DNA of 64,000 bases. It comes from a virus (Duplodnaviria; Caudoviricetes). Positions 1 to 9,772 of the stretch are shown piece by piece (positions within the stretch are counted from its first letter, which is position 1; the number at the start of each line of letters is the position of its first letter). The stretch covers positions 49,039-113,038 of the IMG/VR virus record IMGVR_UViG_3300015608_002132; one strand, written 5' to 3'. Both the position numbers and the translations under genes were made by a program. Under the pieces are notes generated by a model, which had not been told where the DNA came from, searched no databases, and worked only from the letters and a program-made list of their open reading frames with translations.

Positions 1-579
1 CGTGTGTCCAGCATTTCTACCCTGGCCATACACGAACTTGAACTGTACTGGTCGACCGGTCGTGGGCTTGCCGCGAAGAACGTACGTGTTGAACTTGCTT
101 GACGACGCGTCCTCAGCTCCGGGTGGAATAACCCGCACAACGCGCAGCCCCGCCGACCGGATAAAGGACAAGACCATGTCCGGCGCCGGTGGGTTCTTGG
201 CATCGACCGGCTGAATACGAAACGCTCCCTTGCGTTTCGTGTTGATGTTTTTGCTGCCAGACCTGAGTGTTCCCTCGGAGTTTTCAATGATTGTGCGCAC
301 ATAAGCGACAGCAATCTTGGAAAGCGCCCTGTGCTCAGTGAAGCTGGTAGAAGTATCAGTGACACCCATCACAATTCTCTCGGTATCCTCTGCGAGCGAC
401 GCTGCGGCTTCGGCATCCGTAACGTCATCACGGACTGATACCACGTCTCGCCGTTGAAAGTCAAACGGATAATCGTCCTGGTCGACCAGTGGCCTGTCTG
501 GTGGTGCTAGCGGTGGAAGGATTGACGGCAACTCGATCATCTCAGAAAAGATGATCGACGAAAGTTTCACGTGCGACAT
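1..579 (-). CDS. hypothetical protein, truncated at the window edge (possible virion internal protein)
   Basis: Manual translation from ATG 579 / GTG 570 gives (MSH)VKLSSIIFSEMIELPSILPPLAPPD, apparently open to position 1. It is absent from the ORF track because it has no stop in the window. Confidence 0.6.
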   Translation of the reverse strand, partial: MSHVKLSSIIFSEMIELPSILPPLAPPDRPLVDQDDYPFDFQRRDVVSVRDDVTDAEAAASLAEDTERIVMGVTDTSTSFTEHRALSKIAVAYVRTIIENSEGTLRSGSKNINTKRKGAFRIQPVDAKNPPAPDMVLSFIRSAGLRVVRVIPPGAEDASSSKFNTYVLRGKPTTGRPVQFKFVYGQGRNAGHT

Positions 580-582
580 ATA

Positions 583-1248
583 TCAAGGCGTAAATAGCCT
601 TTTGGATTGCCGCTGCATGAGCCAGAGACATCGCCTTACGTCCGCTTCGGCCCGATGTGATGGCAGCTCTGGCCCGCCCGTAGCGGCGTAGATCTCGTGC
701 AACGAGAATGATTTCAGCGGCTTGTCGGTGTGCACAAACTCATACGCACACAACGTACGCGTATCTACCCAGCGTTTATCCCACGCCGGGACGAGGTCAC
801 CGAACTCGCTTGGGTTGGAGTTCTTGATTGCGGCAAGTTCGCTCTCAACAAAGTCGCGATCAAACGAACCACCTTGCGCACACATGGTCCTGCCAGCGGT
901 CATTGCAACGATATCGCGCCATTGGTAAGCCGCGTTGTACCACGTGGTTGTGCGTGCGTTCTCCTGATCATAAGCCCTTGGCGTGTTGGCCCAATCAGGA
1001 TGCTTCTCGTGGTAACCATTAATCTTCAGCGCCTCAAGCTCGTAGTTTGAGTCATCAGGGCCATTACAGTACAGCTCTACCAACTGTCGAAAGACTCGCA
1101 CGTCACCCTCACAATGAAGGCCGGACGCGTTAAGTGTCGCCAACTGAATGGCCACCTCAACAACTCGGTGCTTTTGTGGATCTACCCCAGTCGTTTCGGT
1201 GTCGATGACTGCAAGGCGCAGCTCGTTTTTGTTGCCGTGACTTGTCAT
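583..1248 (-). CDS. DEDDh 3'-5' exonuclease (DnaQ/epsilon-like)
   Basis: ExoI motif IDTETTG, ExoII motif SFDRDF, ExoIII motif HRAEAD. Confidence 0.9.
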   Translation of the reverse strand: MTSHGNKNELRLAVIDTETTGVDPQKHRVVEVAIQLATLNASGLHCEGDVRVFRQLVELYCNGPDDSNYELEALKINGYHEKHPDWANTPRAYDQENARTTTWYNAAYQWRDIVAMTAGRTMCAQGGSFDRDFVESELAAIKNSNPSEFGDLVPAWDKRWVDTRTLCAYEFVHTDKPLKSFSLHEIYAATGGPELPSHRAEADVRRCLWLMQRQSKRLFTP

Positions 1249-1505
1249 ATGTGATGTTTATCTTTCTGTTCATACGCCCTATCGCAACACCCAATAAAAT
1301 GCATAATGTCGCGGCCCTCTGACGTATGACAGATACAGCTGCAACTAAGCGTTTTGTTGGTGTTGGCATAGCGCCCGCTGTATGGTGGCGCTTGCTCGAA
1401 CCCAAGACTACCACTAGCGGTACGCCAAGTGTCTGGTTGAATTTCGTAACATGTCACCGTCTCTTTGGTCGGCTGACGTGGTGACTTGTTATCTTGGTTG
1501 TTCAT
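1245..1505 (-). CDS. hypothetical protein
   Basis: Its stop overlaps the exonuclease start (ATGA). Cys/His-containing C-terminus. Confidence 0.5.
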   Translation of the reverse strand: MNNQDNKSPRQPTKETVTCYEIQPDTWRTASGSLGFEQAPPYSGRYANTNKTLSCSCICHTSEGRDIMHFIGCCDRAYEQKDKHHI

Positions 1506-1509
1506 ATCT

Positions 1510-1586
1510 TGGCGTCCTCGTCCGGGCTCGAACCGGAAACCTGCGACTTAGGAGGTCGCCGCTCTATCCAATTGAGCTACGAGAAC
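1510..1586 (-). tRNA. tRNA-Arg (anticodon CCT)
   Basis: Reverse complement folds as a cloverleaf: acceptor stem GTTCTCG/CGAGGAC, D arm AGCTCAATTGGATAGAGC, anticodon arm GCGAC-CTCCTAA-GTCGC, T loop GTTCGAG, encoded CCA. Confidence 0.95.
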
Positions 1587-1625
1587 AGCTGGCAGGCAAC
1601 GCCAGTTACACGACAACGTCGTGTC

Positions 1626-1928
1626 TCAGAACGTGATCAGGTCTTCGTCGATACGACGAACGATGTTGTTGTAAGCGGCCTTGAGCGGTACCGGGTCGTT
1701 GTCCTCGCGAAGACAAGACCAGCCATTAACAAGCCCAAGGTACTCGTGGAACGTGATGTTCGGACTGATCACTTCGCGAAGCAGGTAAGCCGCGTCAGTC
1801 TCGTTCTCGTGGCTGAGGACGTCTGCGGAGGTATGGTTGGCATGGATCACGAACTTGCCGAGCGCTTCCATGAGCCGGTTGTTCGTGTTGGCGTAACGGT
1901 CATAGGAGGATGCGTTGCTGTTTGCCAT
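1626..1928 (-). CDS. hypothetical protein
   Basis: ORF co-oriented with its neighbours, downstream of a sigma70-like promoter. Confidence 0.6.
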   Translation of the reverse strand: MANSNASSYDRYANTNNRLMEALGKFVIHANHTSADVLSHENETDAAYLLREVISPNITFHEYLGLVNGWSCLREDNDPVPLKAAYNNIVRRIDEDLITF

Positions 1929-2015
1929 AATGCTATGTGTTGTTCTTGTGCTAGGTGTTGATCGGTGGTTTTTGGTTTACGTGTTGTCGTGGTGCGTTGC
2001 CTGACCACGAAAGAC

Positions 2016-2044
2016 AAGGTACAGCGCTCGGCATACGTTGTCAA
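2016..2044 (-). promoter_or_regulatory. sigma70-like promoter
   Basis: Minus strand reads TTGACA-N17-TACCTT, upstream of the 1626..1928 gene and the tRNA. Confidence 0.55.
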
Positions 2045-2049
2045 GCACA

Positions 2050-5000
2050 TTAGCATACGACGTAGGATTCCCCGTCATTATCGACGACCGTGATGAACGC
2101 ATCGGCCGCTTCCTTCATGGCCGTAACGTGTGAAACGATCAAGATCGTACGAAAACGGTTTTTCAATGTTTGAAGAAGTTCAATTGCTTTATTACAATTG
2201 ATTTCATCAAGCATGTCCCAGCCTTCGTCAGCAATGAAAATGTCTGGCTTAGGCAAGCTGGATACGTTGATCAGTGCTACTCTGAGTGCAAGGCTTGCAA
2301 TCATCTTTTCCATGCCGGACGCCAACTCGATTACGCGTCTGGAGTTCCGGTCTTCGATATAGACCTCAAGACTGTTGGCGCCGACCTCCGTCTCAAGCAA
2401 GACACGGAATGGTACAATACCGGCCAAAATGTGGTCGAGCTCTGCATTGATCTGTGGCAGTCTTTCCTTGAGAACGTAAGCTGGTATACCAGTTTTGCAG
2501 AATGCCCTACAAACGGCGTCCAAACTCTTTTGTTCCTCGATGATTACTGCTGCCTCGGCAGCGTCCTTCGCCAGTTGTTCCAGCTTGTTCTCATCTGCTC
2601 CGAGCTGTTGGTACGACTGCTTGAGTGCTGCTTCTAGCGCTGTAATCTCCCTGGTGAGAGACGCATCCCTATCCGTGTTGGCTTTAATACTCTCCTGGTC
2701 GGTTGACGCGGACAGTGCTGCATTCACAGAGTCGAGCTCATCGATAAGCGACGCCAGCGTTGACCTGTTGCTGTTAATGTGCGAATTCAGCAGGCTAGCC
2801 TCCGCCGTTGCCGACTGGTTCTGAGCATGTAGCGCTGCAATCTTGTTTACCAACAGCTTACGTTCATCCAGCACCTTTTGCGCTTTCTGGCTTTGCAACT
2901 GCTCCAACTCTGTAGCGTACTTGTCATACGTTGACTTGAGTTCGGATACCAAACGCCTCTGTGACTCTAGCTCTGCCTTGTCATTGTGACTGTCCTTGAT
3001 ATAGTGGCACGTTGGAAACATATCGCCACACGGTACAAGGTCCAGTTTGCGAACTGACTTTGTTTGAGCGTCCAGTTTGTGTGTTGCGCCTTGCAACTTG
3101 AGATTAAGCTCTGTTACGTTTCGGTTTAGCGACTCAAGTTCCGCCTTTCGTGCAAGTAGTTCATCCTCCGATGGCAATGCCGCCAACCTCATGTCAAGCT
3201 CGGCTATATCCGGGGAGAATGACGTGAGCCTTGTGTTGGTTTGTTCAAGCATTTTAAGCCGTTTGGCAATCTCAGATTGCAACGTGTCGACTTGAGACGA
3301 CAGCTTGGCTTTCTTTGCCAACAGCTCGTTTGATTTTTCTGCACCGTTTGACCTGAGCCAGTCCCGTACCTTCTCTCGCTCTGACTTGAGTGTTTCTAGG
3401 TTGAGCTGGCACGTGTTGATCTTCTCTTCATTGCTGCGTACCGACAACTGTATGGCCTTCTTGGTTTCTGACCAGTTGACATTACGGAACCGCTGCCCCT
3501 TGATCGTCCACGCGCTCAAGTCGTCATTGGCCAGCTTGAAGATTTTCTCGAAAATATCAAGGTCAAGAAACCGGTTGAGAATGGCCTTGCGCTGCGTTGC
3601 CCCTTCCTCAATGAACCGGTTCATTCCACCCTGACTGGACAGGGCCGTCAGCAGAAAATCCTGCGATGTCCCAATCAGCTTCCGGATGACCTTGTCGGTA
3701 TCGGTGCGCGTCTCTAAATTCTCGTTGATGAGTTCCGTGCTGGTTCCGTCTTGCTCTACCTTGTAAAGCATGAGTGTAGTACCGGCCTTCTCGTCATCTA
3801 CCTTGCCGCCGCGGCGTGTTGCCTTGACGATGTCTCTCTGAATAACATAATCCGTTCCAGAGACGTTCAGAACGACCCGAGACATCCCGGCCGACTTGTT
3901 CCTGTTGACAATATGAGCGCTCTTTACTGGCCCTCTGTCTGTTGTGTTGAACAGACCAAACATCAGCGCGCCGATGATTGAGCTTTTACCAACGGCATTT
4001 CCGCCGAACAATCCGGTAATACCAGACATTTTCTCAAAGCTGAGACTGTTTCCTTCGCCGTAACGGTAAAGGTTGTCAAACTCCAAGCTGCGAATTGTCC
4101 ACACGACATCACGTGGAGAATCCGCGCCTTCTCGAACCCTGTCCATGTACTTTCCGATATGATCCTTGGCCTTGGCCTCTTGGTCGTCTGAGAGCTTGAG
4201 CGCACCCTTGTTGTTCTTGTCAAGGTGATCCAAGAACAAATGCAGAACGCTGGCCGTGTCGTTCCTCAGGCTCTTATGCTGACTGGCCTGCTTGTATGTC
4301 AGGCTGTTCTCTTGGCTGATAACTGATGGTTTTGACTTGAACACTACCTCGGATACGCGGTGTATGTCCTTGAACTCATCGTACAGCTCTTTCATCTGTA
4401 GGTGAAAGATTGTTTGAGTGCTTGACACCCGCACACGCTTTTGTGCGAGCTCGCCGTGACAAATCTCCGAAGCTGCAACGATCGTGCTGGCCACGTCGCC
4501 TTGCCATTCGACCGTGATAAACTGGCAGCTGTTGCGGATTGGCCTGAAAGCAACATCCCAATCGTCCGCCGAACAGACATCCCAGACAAGATAGCCCTTT
4601 ACAGTCTCTTCGCCGTAGTTCTGCTGGATAAAGCTGCCAGGATACGCAATCCATGGCTTGCTGACGCCATTCAAATCCGGCCTGTAGCTCAGGAACTGTG
4701 TTTTGTGAATGTCCCCAAGCATTGCAAAGTCGAACCGGTCGAAAATGCTAGCTTCTTCCTCACCACCAGACATAACCCAATCGTTGTCGACCTTGCAACC
4801 ACTAACAGACCCGTGGTACAACGCCACGTTGATCAAGTCTTCATCGGCAACCACCCGTCCCCAACCACGCTTGTCGAAACAAGAAAGGATACACAGGTTG
4901 ATTGTTGTGTTTGGAATGATATGGTTGCCGCTGTTCTTGAACAGAACGATGCGTGGGTCATTCATTGCGTCGATGATCGGACTAATGGTGTCTTGGCGGT

Positions 5001-5268
5001 CATCGTTGGTCAAGTTACCGTCGTGGTTGCCAAGGATCGCATAAACCGGTGCAATGGACGCAAGTTCGCGAAACATCCACGTTAGTTTCTCAATGGCTTC
5101 TGGCGTGATGCCTTGTGTTTTTGTGTGCCAGTAATCGCCGGTCGTAATGATGTAGTCGGGCTTTACTTCGCTGCGGAGTTCGGCAAACAGGCGCTCAAAG
5201 CAGCTCGTATATTCCTCGTGCCTGGAGATCCCGCGCCAATGAATGTCGGATAGTTGAACGATGCGCAT
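2050..5268 (-). CDS. fused SbcD/Mre11 (gp47-like) nuclease and SbcC/Rad50 (gp46-like) ABC ATPase
   Basis: Metallophosphoesterase motifs SDIH, GD, GNHD, GDIH and YPGS, followed by Walker A GGNAVGKSS, Q-loop SQG, a long coiled coil, signature LASGME, Walker B IFIADE and H-loop IVSH. Confidence 0.92.
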   Translation of the reverse strand: MRIVQLSDIHWRGISRHEEYTSCFERLFAELRSEVKPDYIITTGDYWHTKTQGITPEAIEKLTWMFRELASIAPVYAILGNHDGNLTNDDRQDTISPIIDAMNDPRIVLFKNSGNHIIPNTTINLCILSCFDKRGWGRVVADEDLINVALYHGSVSGCKVDNDWVMSGGEEEASIFDRFDFAMLGDIHKTQFLSYRPDLNGVSKPWIAYPGSFIQQNYGEETVKGYLVWDVCSADDWDVAFRPIRNSCQFITVEWQGDVASTIVAASEICHGELAQKRVRVSSTQTIFHLQMKELYDEFKDIHRVSEVVFKSKPSVISQENSLTYKQASQHKSLRNDTASVLHLFLDHLDKNNKGALKLSDDQEAKAKDHIGKYMDRVREGADSPRDVVWTIRSLEFDNLYRYGEGNSLSFEKMSGITGLFGGNAVGKSSIIGALMFGLFNTTDRGPVKSAHIVNRNKSAGMSRVVLNVSGTDYVIQRDIVKATRRGGKVDDEKAGTTLMLYKVEQDGTSTELINENLETRTDTDKVIRKLIGTSQDFLLTALSSQGGMNRFIEEGATQRKAILNRFLDLDIFEKIFKLANDDLSAWTIKGQRFRNVNWSETKKAIQLSVRSNEEKINTCQLNLETLKSEREKVRDWLRSNGAEKSNELLAKKAKLSSQVDTLQSEIAKRLKMLEQTNTRLTSFSPDIAELDMRLAALPSEDELLARKAELESLNRNVTELNLKLQGATHKLDAQTKSVRKLDLVPCGDMFPTCHYIKDSHNDKAELESQRRLVSELKSTYDKYATELEQLQSQKAQKVLDERKLLVNKIAALHAQNQSATAEASLLNSHINSNRSTLASLIDELDSVNAALSASTDQESIKANTDRDASLTREITALEAALKQSYQQLGADENKLEQLAKDAAEAAVIIEEQKSLDAVCRAFCKTGIPAYVLKERLPQINAELDHILAGIVPFRVLLETEVGANSLEVYIEDRNSRRVIELASGMEKMIASLALRVALINVSSLPKPDIFIADEGWDMLDEINCNKAIELLQTLKNRFRTILIVSHVTAMKEAADAFITVVDNDGESYVVC

Positions 5269-5286
5269 GTTATCGTAACATGCATC

Positions 5287-6309
5287 TTACACCGCGTCGA
5301 TAATGCTTTTCAAGTAGTATATGTCGTCGAACTCACGGCTGTTGGTTTTTGCAACCGTTGCAAACTGTTCCCTTGACATTTCACCGGGATCCTTATATGG
5401 CCGCGGCAGATTAACCATGCGGACGTCGACACCATAATCGTAGAGCAGCTTTGCCGCCTCTAGATTTTCCTTCGGGGCGTCAGAGTCCAAGCATATGACA
5501 ACAGGAGTGTTGTTAAGAACTATTTTCTCAAACAGCGCACATGAACTGGTGATTTGTTTCCCAAGCAAACATGTTGCATTATCATCGACTTTCATCAAAT
5601 CAAACACCCCTTCAACGATCGTCAATTCCTCCGACCAGTCAATGTTAAGCTCATTGAAGATCAGTTTTGTTCGATGAATTGTTGGATTCAGGTAGTGCGG
5701 CTTGATGTATTTGTTGTATGATCTGCCGACAAAGAAGTTCAACTTTCCATCGGCGTCGTGCGACGGAACAATGATGCGCCCTTTGTAGTCAGGATCGACA
5801 TTTGTGACGCCGATCTTGAAGTACCACAACTCCCTGGTACCTATTCCTCTGCCTTTAAGGTACCTGAGCGCATCAAGTATATGTCTGGGTTGTCGGGTCG
5901 AGTCCTCTTCGGCGATGGGCGCCAACAACTGGAACCCGACTGGTAATTCCGGACATGCCCCTGGATCGAATATAACGGCCCCTTCCGGGCTGTTCCCGAT
6001 GAGGGACGAGGTATTGAACGTCGTGACCCATTCGGGGGCTAGAATCGGCTTATAGGAGCTCAGCAGGTGATAAATTGATCTGGCCTTGTAGCCGCACCTC
6101 CAACAGTGCGTCAACCAGTTGTCCGTACGGATTGCCAGCTTGCGTTTGCCGCTGTTATCTGCATGTTTAGAAGCACAAACGGGGCATGCAACATTGGCAT
6201 TTAGGCCGCCGTTCGTCAACTTGGCAGGGCCAAAGCAAGCCTCAATAAAGGTGATCGCTTGGCCTAACGTGTGTTGGTGGTTGCTCGACATGGATGGTTG
6301 CGTACGCAT
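5287..6309 (-). CDS. DNA primase (DnaG/gp61-like)
   Basis: Zn-binding CPVC...HCWRC, GRIIVP, YLNP, and TOPRIM motifs IVEGVFD, CLDSD and KDPGE. Confidence 0.9.
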   Translation of the reverse strand: MRTQPSMSSNHQHTLGQAITFIEACFGPAKLTNGGLNANVACPVCASKHADNSGKRKLAIRTDNWLTHCWRCGYKARSIYHLLSSYKPILAPEWVTTFNTSSLIGNSPEGAVIFDPGACPELPVGFQLLAPIAEEDSTRQPRHILDALRYLKGRGIGTRELWYFKIGVTNVDPDYKGRIIVPSHDADGKLNFFVGRSYNKYIKPHYLNPTIHRTKLIFNELNIDWSEELTIVEGVFDLMKVDDNATCLLGKQITSSCALFEKIVLNNTPVVICLDSDAPKENLEAAKLLYDYGVDVRMVNLPRPYKDPGEMSREQFATVAKTNSREFDDIYYLKSIIDAV

Positions 6310-6312
6310 GCA

Positions 6313-6340
6313 ATTTTACTGCTACGCTCGCAACAGTCAA
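6313..6340 (-). promoter_or_regulatory. sigma70-like promoter upstream of the primase
   Basis: Minus strand reads TTGACT-N16-TAAAAT. Confidence 0.5.
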
Positions 6341-6344
6341 GCTG

Positions 6345-6614
6345 TTAGCTGATCTTCTTGCAGCCTTTGCCTTGCTGGACATGGAAACGCGCGCCGCCCG
6401 GTGGTACAGCCGCTTTGAAACCCGACACCTTTTCCGATTTCACTTCCATTGTAATCTTGTTTGTTCGTTGATCTACTGAAAATATCGGGTAGATATCAAC
6501 CGTGCCATTAAATCCATCACTGTAAATTTCATACAGCAATTCCTCGACAGCTTTCTGAAAGTTATGCTTTATCGTAAACGTAGCCTTTTCGTGCTCGGTG
6601 ACCGGTTTAAGCAT
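6345..6614 (-). CDS. hypothetical protein
   Basis: Co-oriented ORF with an ATG start. Confidence 0.55.
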   Translation of the reverse strand: MLKPVTEHEKATFTIKHNFQKAVEELLYEIYSDGFNGTVDIYPIFSVDQRTNKITMEVKSEKVSGFKAAVPPGGARFHVQQGKGCKKIS

Positions 6615-6640
6615 CTGATTTTACTTGCGTGTTCTGGATC

Positions 6641-6683
6641 TATGGTTGAGCTAGTGGAACATAACCAAGAAGAGGGGGAAGGG
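6641..6683. repeat. 43-bp dispersed repeat, copy 1
   Basis: TATGGTTGAGCTAGTGGAACATAACCAAGAAGAGGGGGAAGGG, identical to 48049..48091. Confidence 0.95.
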
Positions 6684-6706
6684 GGAGGAAAAGTAGACGC
6701 ACTTAT

Positions 6707-7057
6707 TCAAGTCAACTTACCATGAACAACGTGTACGTGGTCTTGAAGAACAAACGCCACGCGTTGGTAATACTCGAACTCCACCGGAAACAGCATCACA
6801 TAATCAGTGCCACCGTGGCTCCTCACGCCGTCTGCCTGTTGAACAAGGCTGCGATGTACCCGAATCGGATCACCGGCAACCTTGCCAACAGACCTACCCT
6901 TGACGCCACCGACCTGTTTCGGCCATGCACAGCCATTTTGGTCATAACGGATGTTGCCATGCTCGTCGCGTTCTAGATCATATACCGCTACCGTGGCGTC
7001 TGCAACTCCGTGTACGCCGTTTCCATATCCAACCTTTACAGTGTCTCCATGTGCCAT
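6707..7057 (-). CDS. hypothetical protein downstream of the chaperonin
   Basis: 116-aa, beta-rich-looking ORF with no clear GroES motif. Confidence 0.6.
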   Translation of the reverse strand: MAHGDTVKVGYGNGVHGVADATVAVYDLERDEHGNIRYDQNGCAWPKQVGGVKGRSVGKVAGDPIRVHRSLVQQADGVRSHGGTDYVMLFPVEFEYYQRVAFVLQDHVHVVHGKLT

Positions 7058-7108
7058 GATGTTGATGTCCCTTGGTGTGTAGTTGATGAAGTTTCAGTAA
7101 TATCGCAA

Positions 7109-8803
7109 TCAAGGCAACTGTCTTGCTTGTGTGTCTGCCGTAGAACACACGACACAGTTCGTTGTCAACAATAGCCCGATTACCGAGCTTGCGTGCAGAA
7201 CTGCTGCACGTTCCACCTTCAGCGGATCGATGATCCCAGCCTGGATCAGCTCACAGAAGACATGTTTGTTGGCATCGTAGCCGTACTGGAATGAAGCGCC
7301 GCGTTGAAACGCACTTGTGAGCTCGTGCATCACAACGTCTGCGCTCTTGCCGGTGTTTTCTACAATGACCCGAAGTGGCATTTTGCACGACTCAATTACA
7401 ACGCGTACGCCAGCTAGCTCGTCGTCGGATAGCTCGACGCCAAACTCCTTTGCTTGCACTGACTTTTCCAGCATGCTCGCGGCAGTAAACAGGGCGGTGC
7501 CACCTCCTGGCAAGATGCCCTCCTGCACTGCGGCAACGGTGGCATTTAGTGCGTCCTCGACTCGATCTTTCTTTTCAAAGATTTCGACTTCAGTTGAGCC
7601 ACCAACCTTGATTACGGCTACACCACCGGCCAATTTAGCCAGACGTTTGCGTGTGTTTTCGCGTTTAAGGTCGTCCGTCAAGATGCCGCTGTCCATCAGT
7701 GACTTGAGCTGCGCGGCACGTTCTTGTACGAGCTGCTTACGGCTGCCATCTTCACTTACGAGTGTTGTGGTACCGCGGCCAACAATCGCCTTCTTGCACG
7801 TGCCAAGGTCTGATAGCGTAACGTTTTCAAGGTGCTTGGCAGATCCACTGTCGATCACTGTGCCGCCAGTAACAAGTGCGATATCCGACAGCAAATCTGA
7901 ACGGTTTTCACCGTAACTCGGCGCCTTCACTGCGCATGAGTACAGGACTCCCTTCATCTTGTTAACGAGCAAGGTGTGCAGCGCCTCGCCTTCGATCTCG
8001 TCGGCGATCACTAGAAGAGGCTTGTTGGTGTTGGCTACCTGCTCCATCACCTTCAGGATCTCCTTGATGGATGTGATCTTCCGATCGGTGATTAGAACGT
8101 ATGGGTCATTGAGTTCGGCAACCAGCTTCTCTTGGTTTGTCACAAAGTAAGGCGACACGTAGCCAGATTCAAACTGCATGCCTTCAACGACATCAAGTGT
8201 TGTTTTTACACTCTTGGCTGGCTCAATCGTAATGATGCCATCGGGGCCTACTTTTGATATGGCTTCTGACAGTAGCTCGCCGATTGATCGATCACCATTT
8301 GCCGACACAGTGCCGACGTTAATGATGTCATCCGTATTGCTAACCGGTGTCGCATGATCCTTGACGAGACAGACGATCTGATTGGCAGCGACATCCATGC
8401 CGCGTTTGATGCCAATAGATGAACGTCCAGTGGCAATCATCTTGACACCCTGCGCCAGCATTGAGTGTCCAAGCACCACGGAAGTTGTTGTACCATCCCC
8501 AGCCAGTTCGTTCGTCTTGGCGGCAATTTCTTTCAACAGCTCTGCACCGATTGATGGCAGCCGATCCTTGAGATTAATTGCTTTCGCAACCGTGACGCCG
8601 TCCTTTGTGATCAGCGGTGCGGTCACGCCATTGTCGATGATGACGTTATGGCCAGATGGCCCCATTGTTGACTTTACAGCCTTGAAGAGTATCTCAGCAC
8701 CCCTCAGCAGGCCGCTGTGGGCTTCTTCGTCGAATACCACATCATCGTGCCTGTCTGTTGTTGCAGTGCTGGAAAGACCCTTACCATTATTGTTGTCTGA
8801 CAT
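7109..8803 (-). CDS. groEL: GroEL/Cpn60 chaperonin
   Basis: TMGPSG, ITKDGVTVA, AGDGTTT, EGMQFESGYVSPYF, LAGGVAVIKVG, KKDRVEDAL, GGG and IIDP. No C-terminal GGM tail. Confidence 0.96.
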   Translation of the reverse strand: MSDNNNGKGLSSTATTDRHDDVVFDEEAHSGLLRGAEILFKAVKSTMGPSGHNVIIDNGVTAPLITKDGVTVAKAINLKDRLPSIGAELLKEIAAKTNELAGDGTTTSVVLGHSMLAQGVKMIATGRSSIGIKRGMDVAANQIVCLVKDHATPVSNTDDIINVGTVSANGDRSIGELLSEAISKVGPDGIITIEPAKSVKTTLDVVEGMQFESGYVSPYFVTNQEKLVAELNDPYVLITDRKITSIKEILKVMEQVANTNKPLLVIADEIEGEALHTLLVNKMKGVLYSCAVKAPSYGENRSDLLSDIALVTGGTVIDSGSAKHLENVTLSDLGTCKKAIVGRGTTTLVSEDGSRKQLVQERAAQLKSLMDSGILTDDLKRENTRKRLAKLAGGVAVIKVGGSTEVEIFEKKDRVEDALNATVAAVQEGILPGGGTALFTAASMLEKSVQAKEFGVELSDDELAGVRVVIESCKMPLRVIVENTGKSADVVMHELTSAFQRGASFQYGYDANKHVFCELIQAGIIDPLKVERAAVLHASSVIGLLLTTNCVVCSTADTQARQLP

Positions 8804-8820
8804 GCCGCGGCCGTGCTTCC

Positions 8821-9357
8821 TTATTGTGGCTGACCTGTGAGATTGAATGTGACTTTTCTGATTGTTCCGTCCGGCATCACGACTTCATTGGAATTCGCGG
8901 CCTCTTGGAAGCGGCTTGGAGCGTTACCGGTACCGAGACCAGCGGCGTTTCCACTGTGCATGCCAACTTCACTGAGAAGCGCTCCTGGGTCAATTCTTTC
9001 AGTGTTTGGAGCGGTGCCTTGGCCGTTTAATGGCGTGTTTTGATCTCCGTACCACAAGTTGACACGCTGAGACGTTTCCTCAAGAAGATTGTCAAGGAAA
9101 CCTGTGAGCCTTGCGCTGATTACTTCACGTATTTCACCAAGGCTGCCATACACTTCACCATCGACCCTGGAGAGATCAACGATCTTTTGCCTACCGGCCG
9201 GGCCAATGGCAATCTTATAGGTGGTCATCTCACCGTTGAGGCTTTTGTGACGCGTCTCCTCCGTCACAATTCCAGGCAACACCGTAGTAGCGTTGCTGCT
9301 TAAAACGTAGATTATCTGGCCGATTGTATATTGCATGGCGAGATCACCGTGCGACAA
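8821..9357 (-). CDS. hypothetical protein
   Basis: Tightly packed minus-strand operon upstream of groEL. Confidence 0.65.
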   Translation of the reverse strand: MSHGDLAMQYTIGQIIYVLSSNATTVLPGIVTEETRHKSLNGEMTTYKIAIGPAGRQKIVDLSRVDGEVYGSLGEIREVISARLTGFLDNLLEETSQRVNLWYGDQNTPLNGQGTAPNTERIDPGALLSEVGMHSGNAAGLGTGNAPSRFQEAANSNEVVMPDGTIRKVTFNLTGQPQ

Positions 9358-9772
9358 ACGTCTTGATGGCGTTGTTTTGGTTGAGTGTCTTGGCGTAGTC
9401 TTCTGTCAGAACCAGAACAGTTTCGCTGCCATTGATCTTGCGTTGGTAAGGCGTAAAGTCCATGGTGTTCAAGCAATTACGCAGCTTGCCTTCGCTGTCA
9501 TAACCAGCGTACAAGTCGAAATAGTACATGAGCCGCTCAAAGGCAGACACATGCAATGACATCGGAATGATGTTGGATGTGGGCATATGTCTGGCGACGG
9601 CCTCAGCGATATATTGTTCGGCATCAACCAGGACCATGTCCTGGCGATCACCCACGTAGACCGCGTAACGCTTGGCCAGCAGCTTCTCACGAAGTTTACG
9701 TTCTGATGCGTGGCCACCAAAGTTGCGGCAGTCGCGAATGATCGCCTCAACGACAGACGGATGAAATCTCAC
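9344..9772 (-). CDS. hypothetical protein
   Basis: Overlapping start/stop packing with its neighbours. Confidence 0.6.
   Translation of the reverse strand: MRFHPSVVEAIIRDCRNFGGHASERKLREKLLAKRYAVYVGDRQDMVLVDAEQYIAEAVARHMPTSNIIPMSLHVSAFERLMYYFDLYAGYDSEGKLRNCLNTMDFTPYQRKINGSETVLVLTEDYAKTLNQNNAIKTFVAR

Noticed and set aside
6707-7057. GroES co-chaperonin
   Set aside because: Size and position fit, but there is no PLxDRV or mobile-loop GGI motif.
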